Shown here: piece after piece, positions 42,001 to 57,000 of the stretch
How the letters are laid out: every line of letters begins with the position of its first letter
Numbering within the stretch: the stretch's first letter is position 1
Assembly: GCA_031268675.1 (NCBI GenBank)
Contig: JAIRWY010000055.1
Location: 10,155 to 74,154, forward strand
Direction of reading: 5' to 3'
Length of the DNA: 64,000 nt
DNA from: Candidatus Ancillula glyptotermitis
GTDB taxonomy: Bacteria > Actinomycetota > Actinomycetes > Actinomycetales > Bifidobacteriaceae
Made by a program: the position numbers and the translations under genes
The notes under the pieces: generated by a model
Seen by the model: only the letters and a program-made list of their open reading frames with translations
Databases searched by the model: none
Told to the model about the DNA's origin: nothing

Positions 42001-45000
42001 GTTCTGTACAAACTGGTGAAGTCAACATCATCCAGTTAACACCTGGAGAAACATATGTTATCCGAGTAACTCCGTGGAATGTGGCTGGTTGGCAAAAACC
42101 AACAGATTCTGTTATGACATCACCAAGTTATCCTGGTGCTAGAGAGGAATACACTTTCAACGGAAGACCGTATGATGGAAAAGATGGTTTTACTGTTGCT
42201 GGAATTCCTAGAATTGTTCAAGCACCTGTAATTTTACCACAAACTGCTGCTTTGGCTCGTGATGTAAATAACAAGTCCTATGTTAACCTGAGTTGGCAAG
42301 ATGCTGAATATGATGCTACGAACCAGACATTCCCAGTCACGTATTCTGTCTACAGATCTTTAACTGGAGTCGCAGATTCTTGGGAGCCAACCACTTTCCA
42401 GAACCATAACGGAACCTCTGCACTCTTAGGAGAAGATGATGGTATTGCAAGCAACCAGAAGTACTTCTTCAAGGTTGTTGCTACGAACTTAGCTGGTTCT
42501 GGTGCAGGTGTTGTGGCAAATTACAATTCCACAAGTGCGCAGTCTATCTACACCTCCTATACACCAAATACTCCAACTAGTTTCAATATTGTTGCTGCTC
42601 AAAATAACACGCCAAATGCAAGAGTTCGTTGGAATCCACCTGATAATTACAAGGGAACAGACGGTATTCAAGGTTATAGAATAACCATTTGCGAAGTTAA
42701 GGAATCAACATGTGATTTAGTTGCTCAAAAAGAACTAGGGGCTAATATCAACGAGTATATTACAGAGGTTCTTAAAGAGAAGACTAAGTATCGCTTCACA
42801 ATTCAAGCCAGGTCGTTGTACGGATATTCTGTTGATACCTTCAACAAGGAATTTGTAACGCCGTATAAAGCAACTTCAGTTCCTGTTGATGTGACGCTTG
42901 AGGAGAATGCTGGAACTAATGAAACTCTTCATGTATCTTGGCAAGACCAGTATTATGCGGATACAGGAAGTAATCTTGAGTATCTAGTTAAGTACCGCTA
43001 TGAGACTGCTGCTGGTTCTTATCCAGCTGAGTGGACTGATTTACCAGGAAATAGTATAAGCGGGCGCTGTGAAGTCTATGAATGCCAATCAGATCCTTCA
43101 TTATGGGCAGAACATAGAATTTCTACGCAAATTACAGGTGTTCCATATGGCGCAAACATCCAGATTCAAGTAACCGCTAGAACTGCTGCTGGAAATACAC
43201 CATTTAGCATGATTACATATACTACTGCATACAATGGAAATACAGCATCAGAAACTCCTGGGGTTGAAGATGACCAACACTTGCGTATTTTACCAGCTCC
43301 AAGTCTTCTTGCTCCTGTTGAGCCACTTTCTGATAATGGCGCTGTTCGTCTGCAGTGGAATGCACCGAGGTACACAGGAAGTGCAGGCTTAAGCGGCTAC
43401 AAGATTATTTGTGAGCCTCTTGACACAGTTAGTCCTGGAATTATACCTAATGAGTGTAAACAGGGTGCTCCTTTGATCTCTAAAGATGCTGTATCTATCT
43501 TAGTGCATGGATTCTCACCACTTAAGACATACCGCTTCACAATTACAGCAGTTTCAATTGCAGGTGATGGTTTAACAAGTACTAGTTTTGACTTGCAGAT
43601 GCGAGATGGTCCTCACTTTGCAGATGATGCACATTTACAAGTACATTCAGTTCTTCCAGATGCAAACGGTATCTCTAATTCCCTTAAGTTGCACTTCCCT
43701 GTTGCAGATGGTGATTATATTTCTTACTGCCAAGAAGAGTCTAGTTATAGTTCAAAAGAACAATGCGAGTATATGGGCTTGAATTGGGTTGAGCGAACAA
43801 CTAGCCAATATATGGCTAAGGCAATACAGGTTCCAGAAGATGTTCCTGATGACTTGAGCGGTTGGACTCCTGATTATAACTCAAATGTGGCACTAACTCA
43901 GTACATTGCATCCCACGATCTTGAATATAACAATGATGAGCAGAGAAGTCTAGGCATGGATTTCACATTCAACAACTTGACGGCAGGTAAGAGATATGTT
44001 GTTGCTGTATTCCCAGTCTATAGGGCAACTGGTGCTCCAATCACATCAGTAGCAACTGTTTTAGGTGATATTATTCCTCAATATACTGAAGGTGTAGACA
44101 ATTATCTATTTACAGATGCACAATTTAATACAACATCTTCAAATGGAAGTGATATAGATGTAGATTTCTCTAATGTTTTTGATAGTATCAACTACTTTGG
44201 ACATTCTGATTTGAGTGACACGGACAAAGATAAAGACACTTCAAAGATAAGTTATATTGTAGAGTGCTATAAAGGTAGTACAAGTACTATGGTTGCAACT
44301 TCTTCAGAGTTTATTCCAGAAAATGCAGCAGCGGCAAAATATACATTTACAGGTGCCAACTGCAAGTTAAGTAGTTCAACTGATACGTTGTTCGTCTTAG
44401 TTAAGGGCAAGTCTCCTAATGGTACTTGGCTAAGATCACAGTTCTTAACAGTTATCACATCTAGGGCAATTTACAACAAGGTTAGTAAGCTCAAAGTTAC
44501 TGAAATTTCAAATGAAGAAAATCCTCCAATTGGTGCAGATTCTGGAACTGAAATTGATGGCAAGGCAACAAATGGACGTTTCCATATAGAGTTTGAGTAT
44601 CCAAGAAATGCGCAAGGTTATGCTGGTCTTGATTGGGCTGATTTGCGATTTAATGTTTATTATAAAGAGACTTCTAGTTCTGAGTGGACTGCATATTCTA
44701 ATAATGCAAATAGTACTTTGAACAACTGTCCAATTACCCTAGATGAAATTGCTAAAGTATACTCATGTGATATGTCAACTGCAATTTCTGGTGCTGCTGG
44801 CAAGGAGTATGATTTCATGGTTGCTCCTCTAAGTAAGTACAACAACTATACAACTGTTGATCCAAAAACGAACACTTATGGTGCAGTAGCGTCTGCTCCT
44901 TCAATTGCTAAGCCTCCAGTTATTCCTGCTAATACACTTAAAGCTGCGCAAAATGACTTGCAGATTAAGGCGAACGTAATTGATATATCTTGGAACCCAG

Positions 45001-48000
45001 TTGAGGCAGTAGGAGTTACTCAAAGTTCCTCAATACAAAAGCAGGTGGTGTATAAAATTGAACTTGCTGGTCAGGATGAAGGCATAAATAGTAATGTTTC
45101 AAAGACTTATTACACTACAAGTACTTCAATTACAACAGATAAGTTGGAGCCTGGAAAATATAATATTACTGTCACTCCTGTTACAACCGCTGGATTTGGA
45201 ACTTATAGGATTATTACAGATTTCCAGATGGCGATAAAGCCTAGTGCTGTAATTGAACCAAAAGCGGTTCCAGCAAACTCTACTAATACTGCACATTTGA
45301 CTTGGGGTGAGCCAACTCGCCATGATAATGACACTAAAGTGGAAATATGGAGAACTGAATACGGATCAGTTTCACTTGGTGAACAAGATTATGCAAATGA
45401 CAGTGGTGTAACTAGTGTAAAACTTGCGGAATTTAACTTAGCAGATGGATATACTCCAGTTGATGGTGTTACTGGTGTTGATGTTTCTGCTCCTAATACC
45501 AAAGATGGCAAACAGTATATCTACAGATTCATCACCAAGTCTAAAGCTGGACAGTTGAAATTCAGCGAAGAGGAACATGCATGGGCGAAGTTCGTTCCAG
45601 TTGGTATGGCTTCAACTCCTGTTAATGCCTATATAACGCAAACGTCTAGTGATATACATGCAGATGGCACTGGAGATGCAACTCTACACTGGACTCCAAG
45701 TATTTTGAATACTCCAAGCTCTGAAGAGTTCTATGGAGATGGTTGCACAAGTAGTAAATGCAGAGGTGATTATATCACCTATTCGGTCACCTATAATGTT
45801 GATGGTTCTTCTACAACTACAACTATTGAAGATATCACAAAATCTCAATTAGATGCTGGTATTGTTTTAAGCAACCTCACGAACAACAAGGAGTATATTT
45901 TCTCAATTACTGCTCATACTGTTGATGGAGATGAAACTGCAGATTTCGGAATCTGGACAGAATCTAAACCACCAGCACCAACAATTTCCACATGGTATCA
46001 AAATTCTTCTACAGTAACTGTGAACTACGTCAAACCAAGTCAGTATAAAGGTCCTAGTACTCTAAGTTATGAATTAGCATACTGCGACCGTGGAACTCCT
46101 GTATACTCCAATGGCATTTTACAAGGTGGGTCTAATGATTCTAACTGTGACGCTGAAGACTCATCTAACTGGACAAGCGTCACTCTCGCGCTTCCTGAAG
46201 GTCAGAGTGCTTATACCGCTCTTAGTGCCGATATACCAGGGTTAACGCCTAGAAACCTCTATACAGTGCGTGTACGTGCAGTTTCTGCTGCTGGTGCGGG
46301 TGATTGGGGCAAATATCAAGCAAATGACATGATTATTGCAGACAAGCCAAATCAACCAGAATTTAAGGTATATGAGGGAACAAACAGTGGTATTAAGAAC
46401 AACGGTTATGGTAAAATTGCTATTGACTTCAATTATCCTAGTCTTGTATTACCAGAACCTGTTCCAGGCACAGATTTGGTCCGTAATAAAGCATCAGTTG
46501 TAACTTATCATCTAGTGTACAGAGTTTATACTACTGAGGGCAATGGTGAGTGGACAGTTTCGCCGTATGCTAAACAGTATAATTCAAGTAAGACTTCAGA
46601 TACTTTTGAAACAACTGATTTGTTTGAAACTGGTGTTAATTATGATGTTGCGATATTTGCAGAAAATATGGTCGGCATGAATCAGATACTTAATAGTAAT
46701 CAGGAAGGTGCACACAATGTTGAACAGTTTGCACTCACAGGAACTGGTAAAATTTATAAACCAGGAGATATTGGAACTGAAAATCTTGACAAGTCACTTC
46801 CGTTTATTGAGTCTGTTGGATTAAGACAAGTTCGCTTGAATTTCATGCCACAAGATAATCTGAAATATTCATCTGAGCACAAGTTTATCATCAATGTTTG
46901 TGACTCTGCTGACCTGAATACAGCAACTGGTGGTATTGATGCTGCTAAGAATTCAGATATTTGGAATTGCGCAGGTGGAGACGTATATTCAACACCAGGA
47001 AGTACAGGAATTCCTTTAACTGACCAGTATGATCAATATGATTCTGGTTTTGCAAAATCTACTACTCCATATGTGCATATTGTAACTGCGGAAGAAACAT
47101 CAGATGAAAACAGTCGTTTCCATGGTATACAAGCAGATACGCAAGTTCCGTACTATAACTACAAGATTAACGGTAGTACTCAATTTGCCGATGGTGTAAA
47201 GTATGCATTCCGCATAACTCCAATAACCTATGACGGCGGTTTGGGTAAATCACTAATTGATGAATTTACACTTCCAGGCATTCCATCTGCACCAACTGCT
47301 TTGCATGCATCTCAAACAATTGGCACTGCTTTAGGCGATGGTGTGCATTATGCAGATGGCTCTAGTTTGCTCACTTCTCAAGATATTGCAGCTGGTCGCA
47401 TAAAGCTTGCATTCACAGGATCTCAGGCTGTTGGTTTAACTTCAGACAAGATTAACTACACCATTGAATACAGGCGAGGAGTAGATGGTGTGTTCGCAGG
47501 TGATTGGACTAAAGCAGGTGATACTGAAGGCTTGAAGATTGCTAGAAAGTTGACCGATACGGGAGAACTAGCAGATGGTAATGACTATATAGCTTCTCTA
47601 ACTTTAGAGCCAAATGCACAATATCAATTCCGCGTGAAAGCATTTACAACTGCTTCTGTACTTTCAGATATTAACAACAGTGCTAATTACAACGGTGGAT
47701 ATGCAACAACTTCAACGGATCCTGAGGTAGAGAGTAAAGTTGCATCTGGCGGAGATATCTTCACACTTGAGAAAGCACCAGATCCTGCAACTAGTTTATT
47801 CATCAAGCAGACTGCGAAAACCACCAGTGAAACTCCTTCTGCACAGATGGTTCTCAGTTTTATGGGCGATGATGATTATTACCTAAACAAGCAGTTCAAG
47901 AAGTACCTTTCGGACAACAGTATTACCAAAGTTGATGATATTTCACAGGCACTAGAAGGCACCACTGGACTAGATGAGGTAATCAGTCCTGAACAGTTCC

Positions 48001-51000
48001 ACTTCAAATGTGAAGTTGAAACTACAACAGCTGGTGATCTTCCAACAACCTCGTTTGAAGCTTGCACAGGTGTAAATTTTGGCGCGGTTGAATATTCTAC
48101 AGCAACTAATCGCTACTCGCTTAAGGTTTCTGGACTAGAAGATGGCAAGAAGTACCGCTTCTGGGTTGCAAGTTATTCGCACACATTAGGTCAACTTGGC
48201 GAAAATGGAGCAGATGATAAAGCAACATCTCAAGAGGCTCAAACTGATGTAACACCTTCAATCTCGCTGAGTTTAACGCAAATGCCTGATAATGTTGAAC
48301 ATGGCAAGAATTATGTGCGCGTTGATTGGACTATGAGTAGAGCTGTCCATGACTGGGATACAACTGAGCAAGATCCAGTACTTGAACATCAGCCTGATGA
48401 GGAGTATAATATCAATATCAGCTATAAAGTGGGCAACGAAACTATTCCAATTGGCTTCCCTAGTCCGCAGTATATTTATCTTCCAGAGTCTGGTACTTCG
48501 TATGAATTCACAGCATCTGTTTCATCATCTTATACTTTGAGCACAACTAATCTTGATCCAACTCCTCAGAGTTTCCAGACTGCTGCTAAACCAGATATTA
48601 CATGGACAACTTATAATGCAGACAGTGATACTCCATATCCTGTCATCCAGAAGTTTGATACTGATAATGACTTGACTTGGATTGAGGCGAACTTCACAGC
48701 AAATAGAACACCGCTTATGAGTGAAGAACTTGATTATCATGTGGAAATTTGCAGAGCTAGTGAGGATTGCGGCGAAGGTAGTGCTTCTTGGCTTTCTGCT
48801 GGTGAAAATGCACATGTTGTTGGTGGCTCGGGAGAAGCAGAAACAACTGCTATAAAGACTGTGGAAATACCATCAAGCGTGTTTGAAAACGGAACTGCGT
48901 ATAAGATCCGCGTAAAGAGCACCTCAAACTTCACAGATTCTAAATATTCCACTGTTCAAGATATAACAACAGCTTCTGCGCCAAATGCTCCAACTTGGGA
49001 TGGATTTGGAGGTTCTGCAAGGCAAAGTAAAGAGGGAATAGCTTCTATATCATTCACACCATCAACAACTCCTGATGTATCTTATGTTTTGCTTTACAGA
49101 GAACATGGATCGACAGGTCCTTGGCAAAAACTACCAGTAAGTGACACATATGAGTATGTTGATACAAGTGTATGTTCACAACCTATTGCTGATGATGCAA
49201 GTGATGACCAAAGGAATGCATATGATACTGCATGTAATAAAGGTAAAGGTCATGTTACTCCTGAAGAGATTTGTAAAGATGGCAATAGATGTTTTGAGAT
49301 AAATTCTAGCCCTAGAGTAGACGGGTCTGGAAAAGTCATCAACCAAATGGGCGGTTTTGATGGAAATAAACTATATGATTTCCATATCACGGCTAAAATT
49401 GGTGCACTTTATTCAAATGATCTAGCAAATAAGGATAAACATACTGATGCAATAGCCTCAACTGGTCTGGTGCTTTCAACACTTGACAATTTGCAAGGAC
49501 ATGAATCGCCAGACTTTAGAGTTGACCTTTCAACTGATGATTCTTCTATTATGCGAGTAAGTTTGAAACCTGCACAATCTTATGTTGCATATGACCGCCA
49601 AATGGTTACCTATACGGTCGAATATCGTGATGTAACTAGTGAGGGTGCGTGGACTTCAATTATGAATACAGGTAATGGAGTTACTGTTAGCGGATTGAAT
49701 TCTAACGGTCTGTATAATATGTACAATAATGGAACTTGTAAAACTGATTATACAACTTGTGATTATGCTACAATTAGTGTAGGTAATTTGAATAGATCTC
49801 ATGATTACGAGGTGCGCGTTGTAACTTCAACAACTGCGGACCTTGAAAATACGCATGGCATAACTACTCTTAGCCACAAGTTCTTGCAAAGTCCAAGTGC
49901 TCCAACTGACTTCACCGCTACTAGTGCTGGAATTCAAGATGGTCAACAACAAGCAACATTTACTTGGACCAATTCCACTCTACCAGAAGATGGCGGTACT
50001 TTGGCAAAGCAACCACAAGCAGTACAGAACGCATACAAGATTACCTACAGTTTAGAAAGTTGTTCATCTAACTGCTCTAGTCCAGAAAATTGGGGCGTAT
50101 ATGGATCAAGCAGTGGTATTAACCCAGATTCGTCAGGTACAACTTCAGTGACTGTTGGTTTGAATGGCTCTGCAAGTGAATTCCGCGTGATTGCTTCTAC
50201 AATGCTTTTGCATGATAAAATTCCGTCTGCACATATTATCTATATACCAGGCGCTCAGACTATCAGCAACCTAGTAGTTAAGGGCAATTATTTGGAAAAT
50301 GCAGCTTCTCCAAGTACAATGAAGTTCACGCACACCAAGTCTATTGAAGGCAGTACTAGCTCTGATGTTATCTCGTATAGTTATGAGCTAGTTGATGATA
50401 GTTGCCAAGAGTTTGAAACTAATCCAGATGAGTGTACGCCTGTAAGTTATGCATCACCAAACGAAAATCTAGCATTAACCAGTGCTGATGCTAGACATGA
50501 AGATGTTGAAATTAAGGGATTAACTGCTGGAACTAAATACAAAGTGCGTGTTGTTGAGACTGCAAATGGAATTTCAATGAGGTCACAATATACAGCAAAA
50601 CTAGTCATGCCAGCAATACTTGAAGCTCCTAGTATTTCACCAGACCTTACATATGAGCAGATTACATCTGGAGAGGTGCTAGCAAATGACACATCAAGAA
50701 TGGCATTCACATGGGATGAGCAGTCAGTTGATTATTTCGGCGGTTTGAAATATCAGGTTGAATATAAGAAGTCTGCTGAGGGTACTTGGAATAAATTGAC
50801 TGATGAGCCTGTGGATGTTAACACCTATTGTGGAACGAATGCAGGAGAAGAAGATGGCAAGTGTCGCGTGGAAATCAACAACCTTAATGCAGATACTGCT
50901 TATGATGTGCGTGTGGTTCCTGTAACTTATCTGGGTAGAGGAGAAGCAACTGTGAACTACAAGACTGCTGGAAAAGTTGCGAATTTCTCAGATCCTGCAA

Positions 51001-54000
51001 AGGTACAACAAGGCGCAAATGCACTACTGCTATCTTGGGACAACTTAGGCTACACAGGAAGTGTTCCACTAGAGTTTAAGTTGCAGACCTGCACCGCGTT
51101 TAGTTCCACTGAATCAGGTGCTTGTGATACTTGGGCTACATTCAATTCTGGGGATTCTGTTAAGTCTAAAGCGGATATTCAAAATGAGGCTACTGGAACT
51201 GCAGTTACGTATGCATTTGCAGGTGGTAGTGCTAATATAGGCAACAATATAGTGAACGTTCAGGTTTCTGGTCTTACTCCACTAGCAGAATACAGATTCC
51301 GAGTGCTTGCTGCTCCTGCACTTTATAATTCGTCTGCCTTCACATATTTTGATAGATATGAGAGTATGCATGACTTCGGAGATATTGCACTACAAAGTGT
51401 TCCAGAATTTAACGAAGGTCAAGAATTGACTGCACATTCATTAGGAACTTTGGAAAATCCAGTATCTGGTCAAGTTAAAGTTTCTTGGTCAAATATTGCA
51501 ACTCACGGCGCATCTACAAACCCTGTTGATGTTACAAAGTATTTCCTTGTTGAAGGTAAGGGCGATTTCACGGCAGATCAAAGTGCGTGGTATAATAACC
51601 TAGGCGAAAATGTTCAGATAGTTCGTGAAATTGAGATTGGCGACGATAATGTTGATGATAATTATTGTACAACTTCTGGAGTGGTAGAAAATGCAACATG
51701 CGAAGTAACAATTAGCGGTCTAAATCCAGGTCAGAATTATACATATGCTGTTTATGCTACGAACATCTATGGAAACGGTAATGTCATCAAGACAAGAGTA
51801 ATGCCTGTAGAGTTCCCAACTGCTGTAGATGCATCATCTGCTTCAATTGAGCATGAAGTAAATGCGAGTTCAGGAAAAGTGAACGCTAAGTTTACACTTG
51901 CTGATTTGCAGAGCAGTGTTAACGGAGACCTCGAAAACTCTAGCAATAAAGAGACTCGTTTCATAATTCAGACTCGTAAAACTTCTGGTGAGGCTTTCCA
52001 AGATGCACAGGCTAGTGTTGATGATAAGACTTCTGCTAATTTAGCTAGTGGTATTGAACTTCAAGATCTTGATGAAAATGCAGAATATGAAGTTCGTATA
52101 ACACCTAGATCAGCTGCTGGAATTACTTCAAGTGGAAATATTACGAAGACCTTCACCACTGCTATTAAGCCAACTGGAGTTAGTGTGCAGGTTGCTCAAA
52201 CCACAGCAACTAGTGCTGAAATAATTTGGGATGCATCTACATATAATGGCACAAATGGTTCTACATTTAGTATCAAGGTTGAAGAATGCACAGATGCTGA
52301 TTGCACTTCTACAACTGATCAAACTTCTAGTGTCACTTTGAACACGGATATTACAAATAGAGTTTCAACGATTTCAGGCCTAGAAATCAGCCAGAAGTAT
52401 AAATTCTCTGTGGTTGAGACTATTGCCGGAGCATCTACAGCAGCAAGCGAAGAGTACACTACAACTTCAAGCGCGGTATTTGCACTAGCATCTTTACCAA
52501 TTGAGCCAGCTGAAGATACTTCCACTTCAAATGCACCATACTTCAACATTACAACCACTTTCTCTGAGGCTCCTGAAGTTGTTCCTGCAACAACTGTCCA
52601 ATTCCCAGTGTGGACGGCTACTGGAACTGGTGATATTGCGCGCATGATTAGTTATCAAGTCTGCTATAATACAGTTCACGAACCAAGTGTTGAAGATACT
52701 TGCCAAAATGCAACTATAGGAACTGGTGAGGTACAAGGTGAAAACGGAATTGCAGTTGGCAAAGTTGCAGCAACTATTGAAGATTTAGACGAGAGCCAAG
52801 TTTACCAGTTCAAGGTGAAAGCAACAAATATTGCTGGAACTTCAACTGGAAGTACCTCTTCAGGGTATTCATTTGCTGATGCTCCAGCGCTTGGTACAGT
52901 TACTTTCAACCAGATTGTACCAGGTACAGCTAGCGATACAGCAACAGTTCGTATTACCTTCAACACGCCAAATGCACCTGCAGGATCTGTTAACGAGCAT
53001 AAGGTATATGTTGGAGTAGGCGAGAGTCCTTCTAGTTGGACAGAGCATGAGTGTACATCAGTTGCAGATGCGACTCCTGGAATTACCCATTGCGATATAA
53101 CTACTCTTTCTCCAGGTACACTTTATACTTTCAAGGTGAAGACCACGAACTCTATTACTGGTAAAACGGACGAACAGTTAGGTGCAGTTACCACAAAACC
53201 AGAAGTTTCAGCCACAATTGAGGCTAACTATACTTCAAATAAGTCAATTGAAATTACGGCAGGTAATGGAAGATCTGGGCTTTTAGCAGATGAAGTGGAA
53301 AATTATACATTAACATATACATATTGCGACAATGACCAAACTTCACTAACTCCTTGTACGCCATCAACTGAAGAAACTGCTTGGAAATCACTTGCAGATG
53401 GAAACACTGATGTAAATAAACCAGTGCTAGAAAGTGACAAGAACAATGAGTGGAAGATAGTTAATGTACCAGATTATCGTACATATGCATTCAAAGTGAA
53501 CGTGTCGACTAATCTGTATTCAAGCACTTCTAGCGCAGATACAATTTCTAGCCTAATCTACACTGGTTATAAGCCACGTGAAGTAAATTCCGCGTTGACT
53601 ATAACTGAACCATCTGCAAATCAGGTTGTAGTTTCTGGATCTGAATTTTATACAACTGATGCAGGTACAACTTATCAGGTTGAAAAGTGTATAGTTGAGA
53701 ATCCAGATGATCTAGCAAATGCTTGCGCAGCAGATAATGATACTTTATGGAGTCAAGTTACAGGCACAGTTAACACTACAGAACACACAGTTACTGGCAC
53801 ATTTGATTCTAGTCAAATTACGGCGAACACAACATACAAGTTCCGTATTAAAGCAACTTCAGAGCATAATTCAACTGTTTATTACGCTGAAGGAACACCT
53901 GCTGTGTTTAGAACTGCAGGTACTTTTGACCTTGACTGGATAACAGAGCCAGTTCAAAATGGAGACGGTCAAATCACATTTAGCTATAAACTAGCAGATG

Positions 54001-57000
54001 CATATACAAGTCATGATAGAAGTAGTGTTGTCATCACTCCAACTGTTGTCCAAGCAGGCACAACTACACCTGCTGGAACTTTAAGTTGCGAGCCAGATCC
54101 ACAAAATGCGTATACATCTACAGTTACTTGCACAGTATCTTCCCTTGCTTCTGGTGAGTATACTGTACAACTACACGGAGTTGGTTCATATGCAGATGTT
54201 TATGAAACTACTACAAGTAAAAATGTCGAGGTGCTGACCCCATCTAGTCCTGCAAACTTTGAGATTGTGGCAAACTCAGAAAGTGTTCATGCAAATGCGT
54301 CATATTTGAACTTCTCATGGACACCAATTTCCTATTCACCACCTGTTGGTAGTTCAGATAATATCACGTATACAGTAAAAGCTACACCTGTAGATCCAAG
54401 TACTGGCAGCGAATTTGAAGTATGTCAAGTTGTTGGAATTACCCAAAATAGCTGCCAAATGAACACTGAAGAAAGTAGTCCTAAACTAGGTCTTGGAGAA
54501 AACTACACCTTTACGGTCATAGCAAGCAACACATTTGGAGCATCAGCAATTTCTGCAGCTAGTTCGCATTATAAAACAGCATATATTCCAAATGCGCATG
54601 GTGAAACAATAGATATGCATCAGGCGTTGGAGTTAGAGCAAGTATTCTCGCGCCAAACATCTATATCAATATCTGGTATTAATCATGTATATAATGGTAC
54701 TATTGCGTCAACAATTAAGGTTCAGTATAAAGATGCAGAAGATCAATGGCAAGATTTTGCATCTAATAGAGTAACGCAAACCACTGATGGTCAAGCTTTG
54801 AGCTTCTTGATTTCAGGTTTCACTGCAAAATCTGAGAACACCTTAAGACTAGTAGAAACATCTCTCGCAGGCACAACCTACCTCGAATTTAGCCCGTACA
54901 CGCTATATAGTGGTCCTAGAGAGGTCAATTCAGTGCTTACCCTCAAAGAACTTGCAAAGGGTACTGTATCGGTCGTAGGAGCCCAATTTGAGGCAAATAG
55001 AGCACCAATAACTGGCTATAGTATTCGCTACTGCTTAAAAGGGACTACGCCTGAAACTTGTCAAAATGACTTCACGCAAGTTGCAGCACATGTGGAATCT
55101 TCAGGTGATAATACTGGTAAAGTAGTTCCAGATGCAGAAATTTCTGGCTTGAACCTGAATAAAGACTACTATTTCTGGGTTGTTGCATCTACAAATGAAG
55201 GAAATACTGAAGGTACTAAGAACTTGATACACACTGCAAGTGACTTCTCAATAGCCTGGGTAGACGGTCCAGTTCAAACAGGTCCTGGAACTATCAAATA
55301 CTCCTATAAACTAGCAGATGGTTATAAGGGTGATGATATTGCGGACATCAATTTCACATCAACTATCACAGTCAATGTAGATGGAGTTGACGAAGTTGTT
55401 AATGTTTCAGCAGATAAATGCTCGGTCAAGAGTGGAGCAGTTGCGGATGGAACTGCAGTTTATGAGTGCACTGTTAATGGCTTGAACAAGAATGTGGACG
55501 GAACTTGGAGGTATAAGACTGGTTCACCTCAAAGTGGAAATAACGTCTTCTTGCATGAGGTTAAGGTTAATGCAACTTCACAGCTTGGATATCAAGCGCA
55601 AAATCCAATTACAGCAACTATAGATGTCTATTCTCCACAAAGAGTTGCATCTTCTGGTCAGTCAAATGTATCTGTCACTCAGATTATTCCAAGTCAAGAC
55701 TATACCGATAATGTGCAAGATCGCCTAGAAGTACCAATGTACACGGTTAAATGGGCGTTGAACACAGGTGATAAGGCGTATGCAACTGGAACAGTTAATT
55801 TTGAGGTTCTAGTAGATGGTATTAAGGCTGAAGATTGCACAGTTGCTACTTTAACAGGCGATAATCATACATATGAGTGCACAATTAAGGGTCGTACTAC
55901 TACTGCAGCTCAAGAAACTATTACTGTTCGCACAACTCATTCAACTTTGGGCACTGCTGACGGAAATGGCCGAAAGATTACCCCTAAGACATTGCCTAAA
56001 CCATCAATAAGCTATTCATATCCTGGCAAGAAGTTCAACTTGGTGCCACAGTTGCTCGGACGTTCGGAAACTTCTTTATTGACTGATACAACAGTAGTTA
56101 ACGGAGCTAATGATGAGAAGTTTGAATATGATTTGTGCTATTTATCTACAGAAAAGGATCAACAAGGAGTTTGGCCATCAACAGAGGATTGGGATAGTGC
56201 AACTTGTGTATCTAATAACTACACTGATGCAGAAAATCCAAGTCAAGAAAATACTGGTGCATTGCAACTCAAGTGGGTGCCAGATGATGTTTATTCAAGT
56301 GTTGGTAAAGGCTCTTGGGTTGCTGAAAACTTGGCAGTTGACACTCAGCAGTATATATTCCGTTTGACTGCAAAGACTAGACTTTATAAGCAAGTTGGTG
56401 TTTTCACTTCTCCAAAGATTACTACTGACAACAAGCCTAGTGAAGCAGGTAATATTGATATTTCTCAATATGAAAACACTATTACAGTTTCTGAGCCGAA
56501 GTTCATCACGCAGTCCTTGCCAATTGACCATTATGAGGCTCAGGCATGCCCAACTGGAAGTAATTGTACTGCGGATGCTGCTTGGCAGACTGTTCAAGCA
56601 TTGACAGGATCAGAAAATGTTTCTGCACAATTTAATGTGGCAGCAACTAAGGCAGCTGCAAATGCGGCAAAAGATATGGGAGTGGTTGCTCTAGCGCCAA
56701 ATACCGAATACAACTTCAGAATTGTGGCATTTGTTGAAGGTGAACGAACAGCTGGAGGAGCTCTCTCATTTGCTATTGCTGGAAACTTTAACCTTGAGCA
56801 AGTTGGTAATGTATCTCAAAGTGCTGGTGATAAATTGGAGTTCAAGTTCAAGCTCGCAAATGACTACATCGGAAATGACAAAGCTCAGATTTCATACAGC
56901 ATTCCAACTGTATCTGGTGCATCTTTAGTTACTTGCAAGTTTGATGGAATTGATGATGTTTTGACACCTCCAATCATCAATGGAGATGCTAATAAAACTG

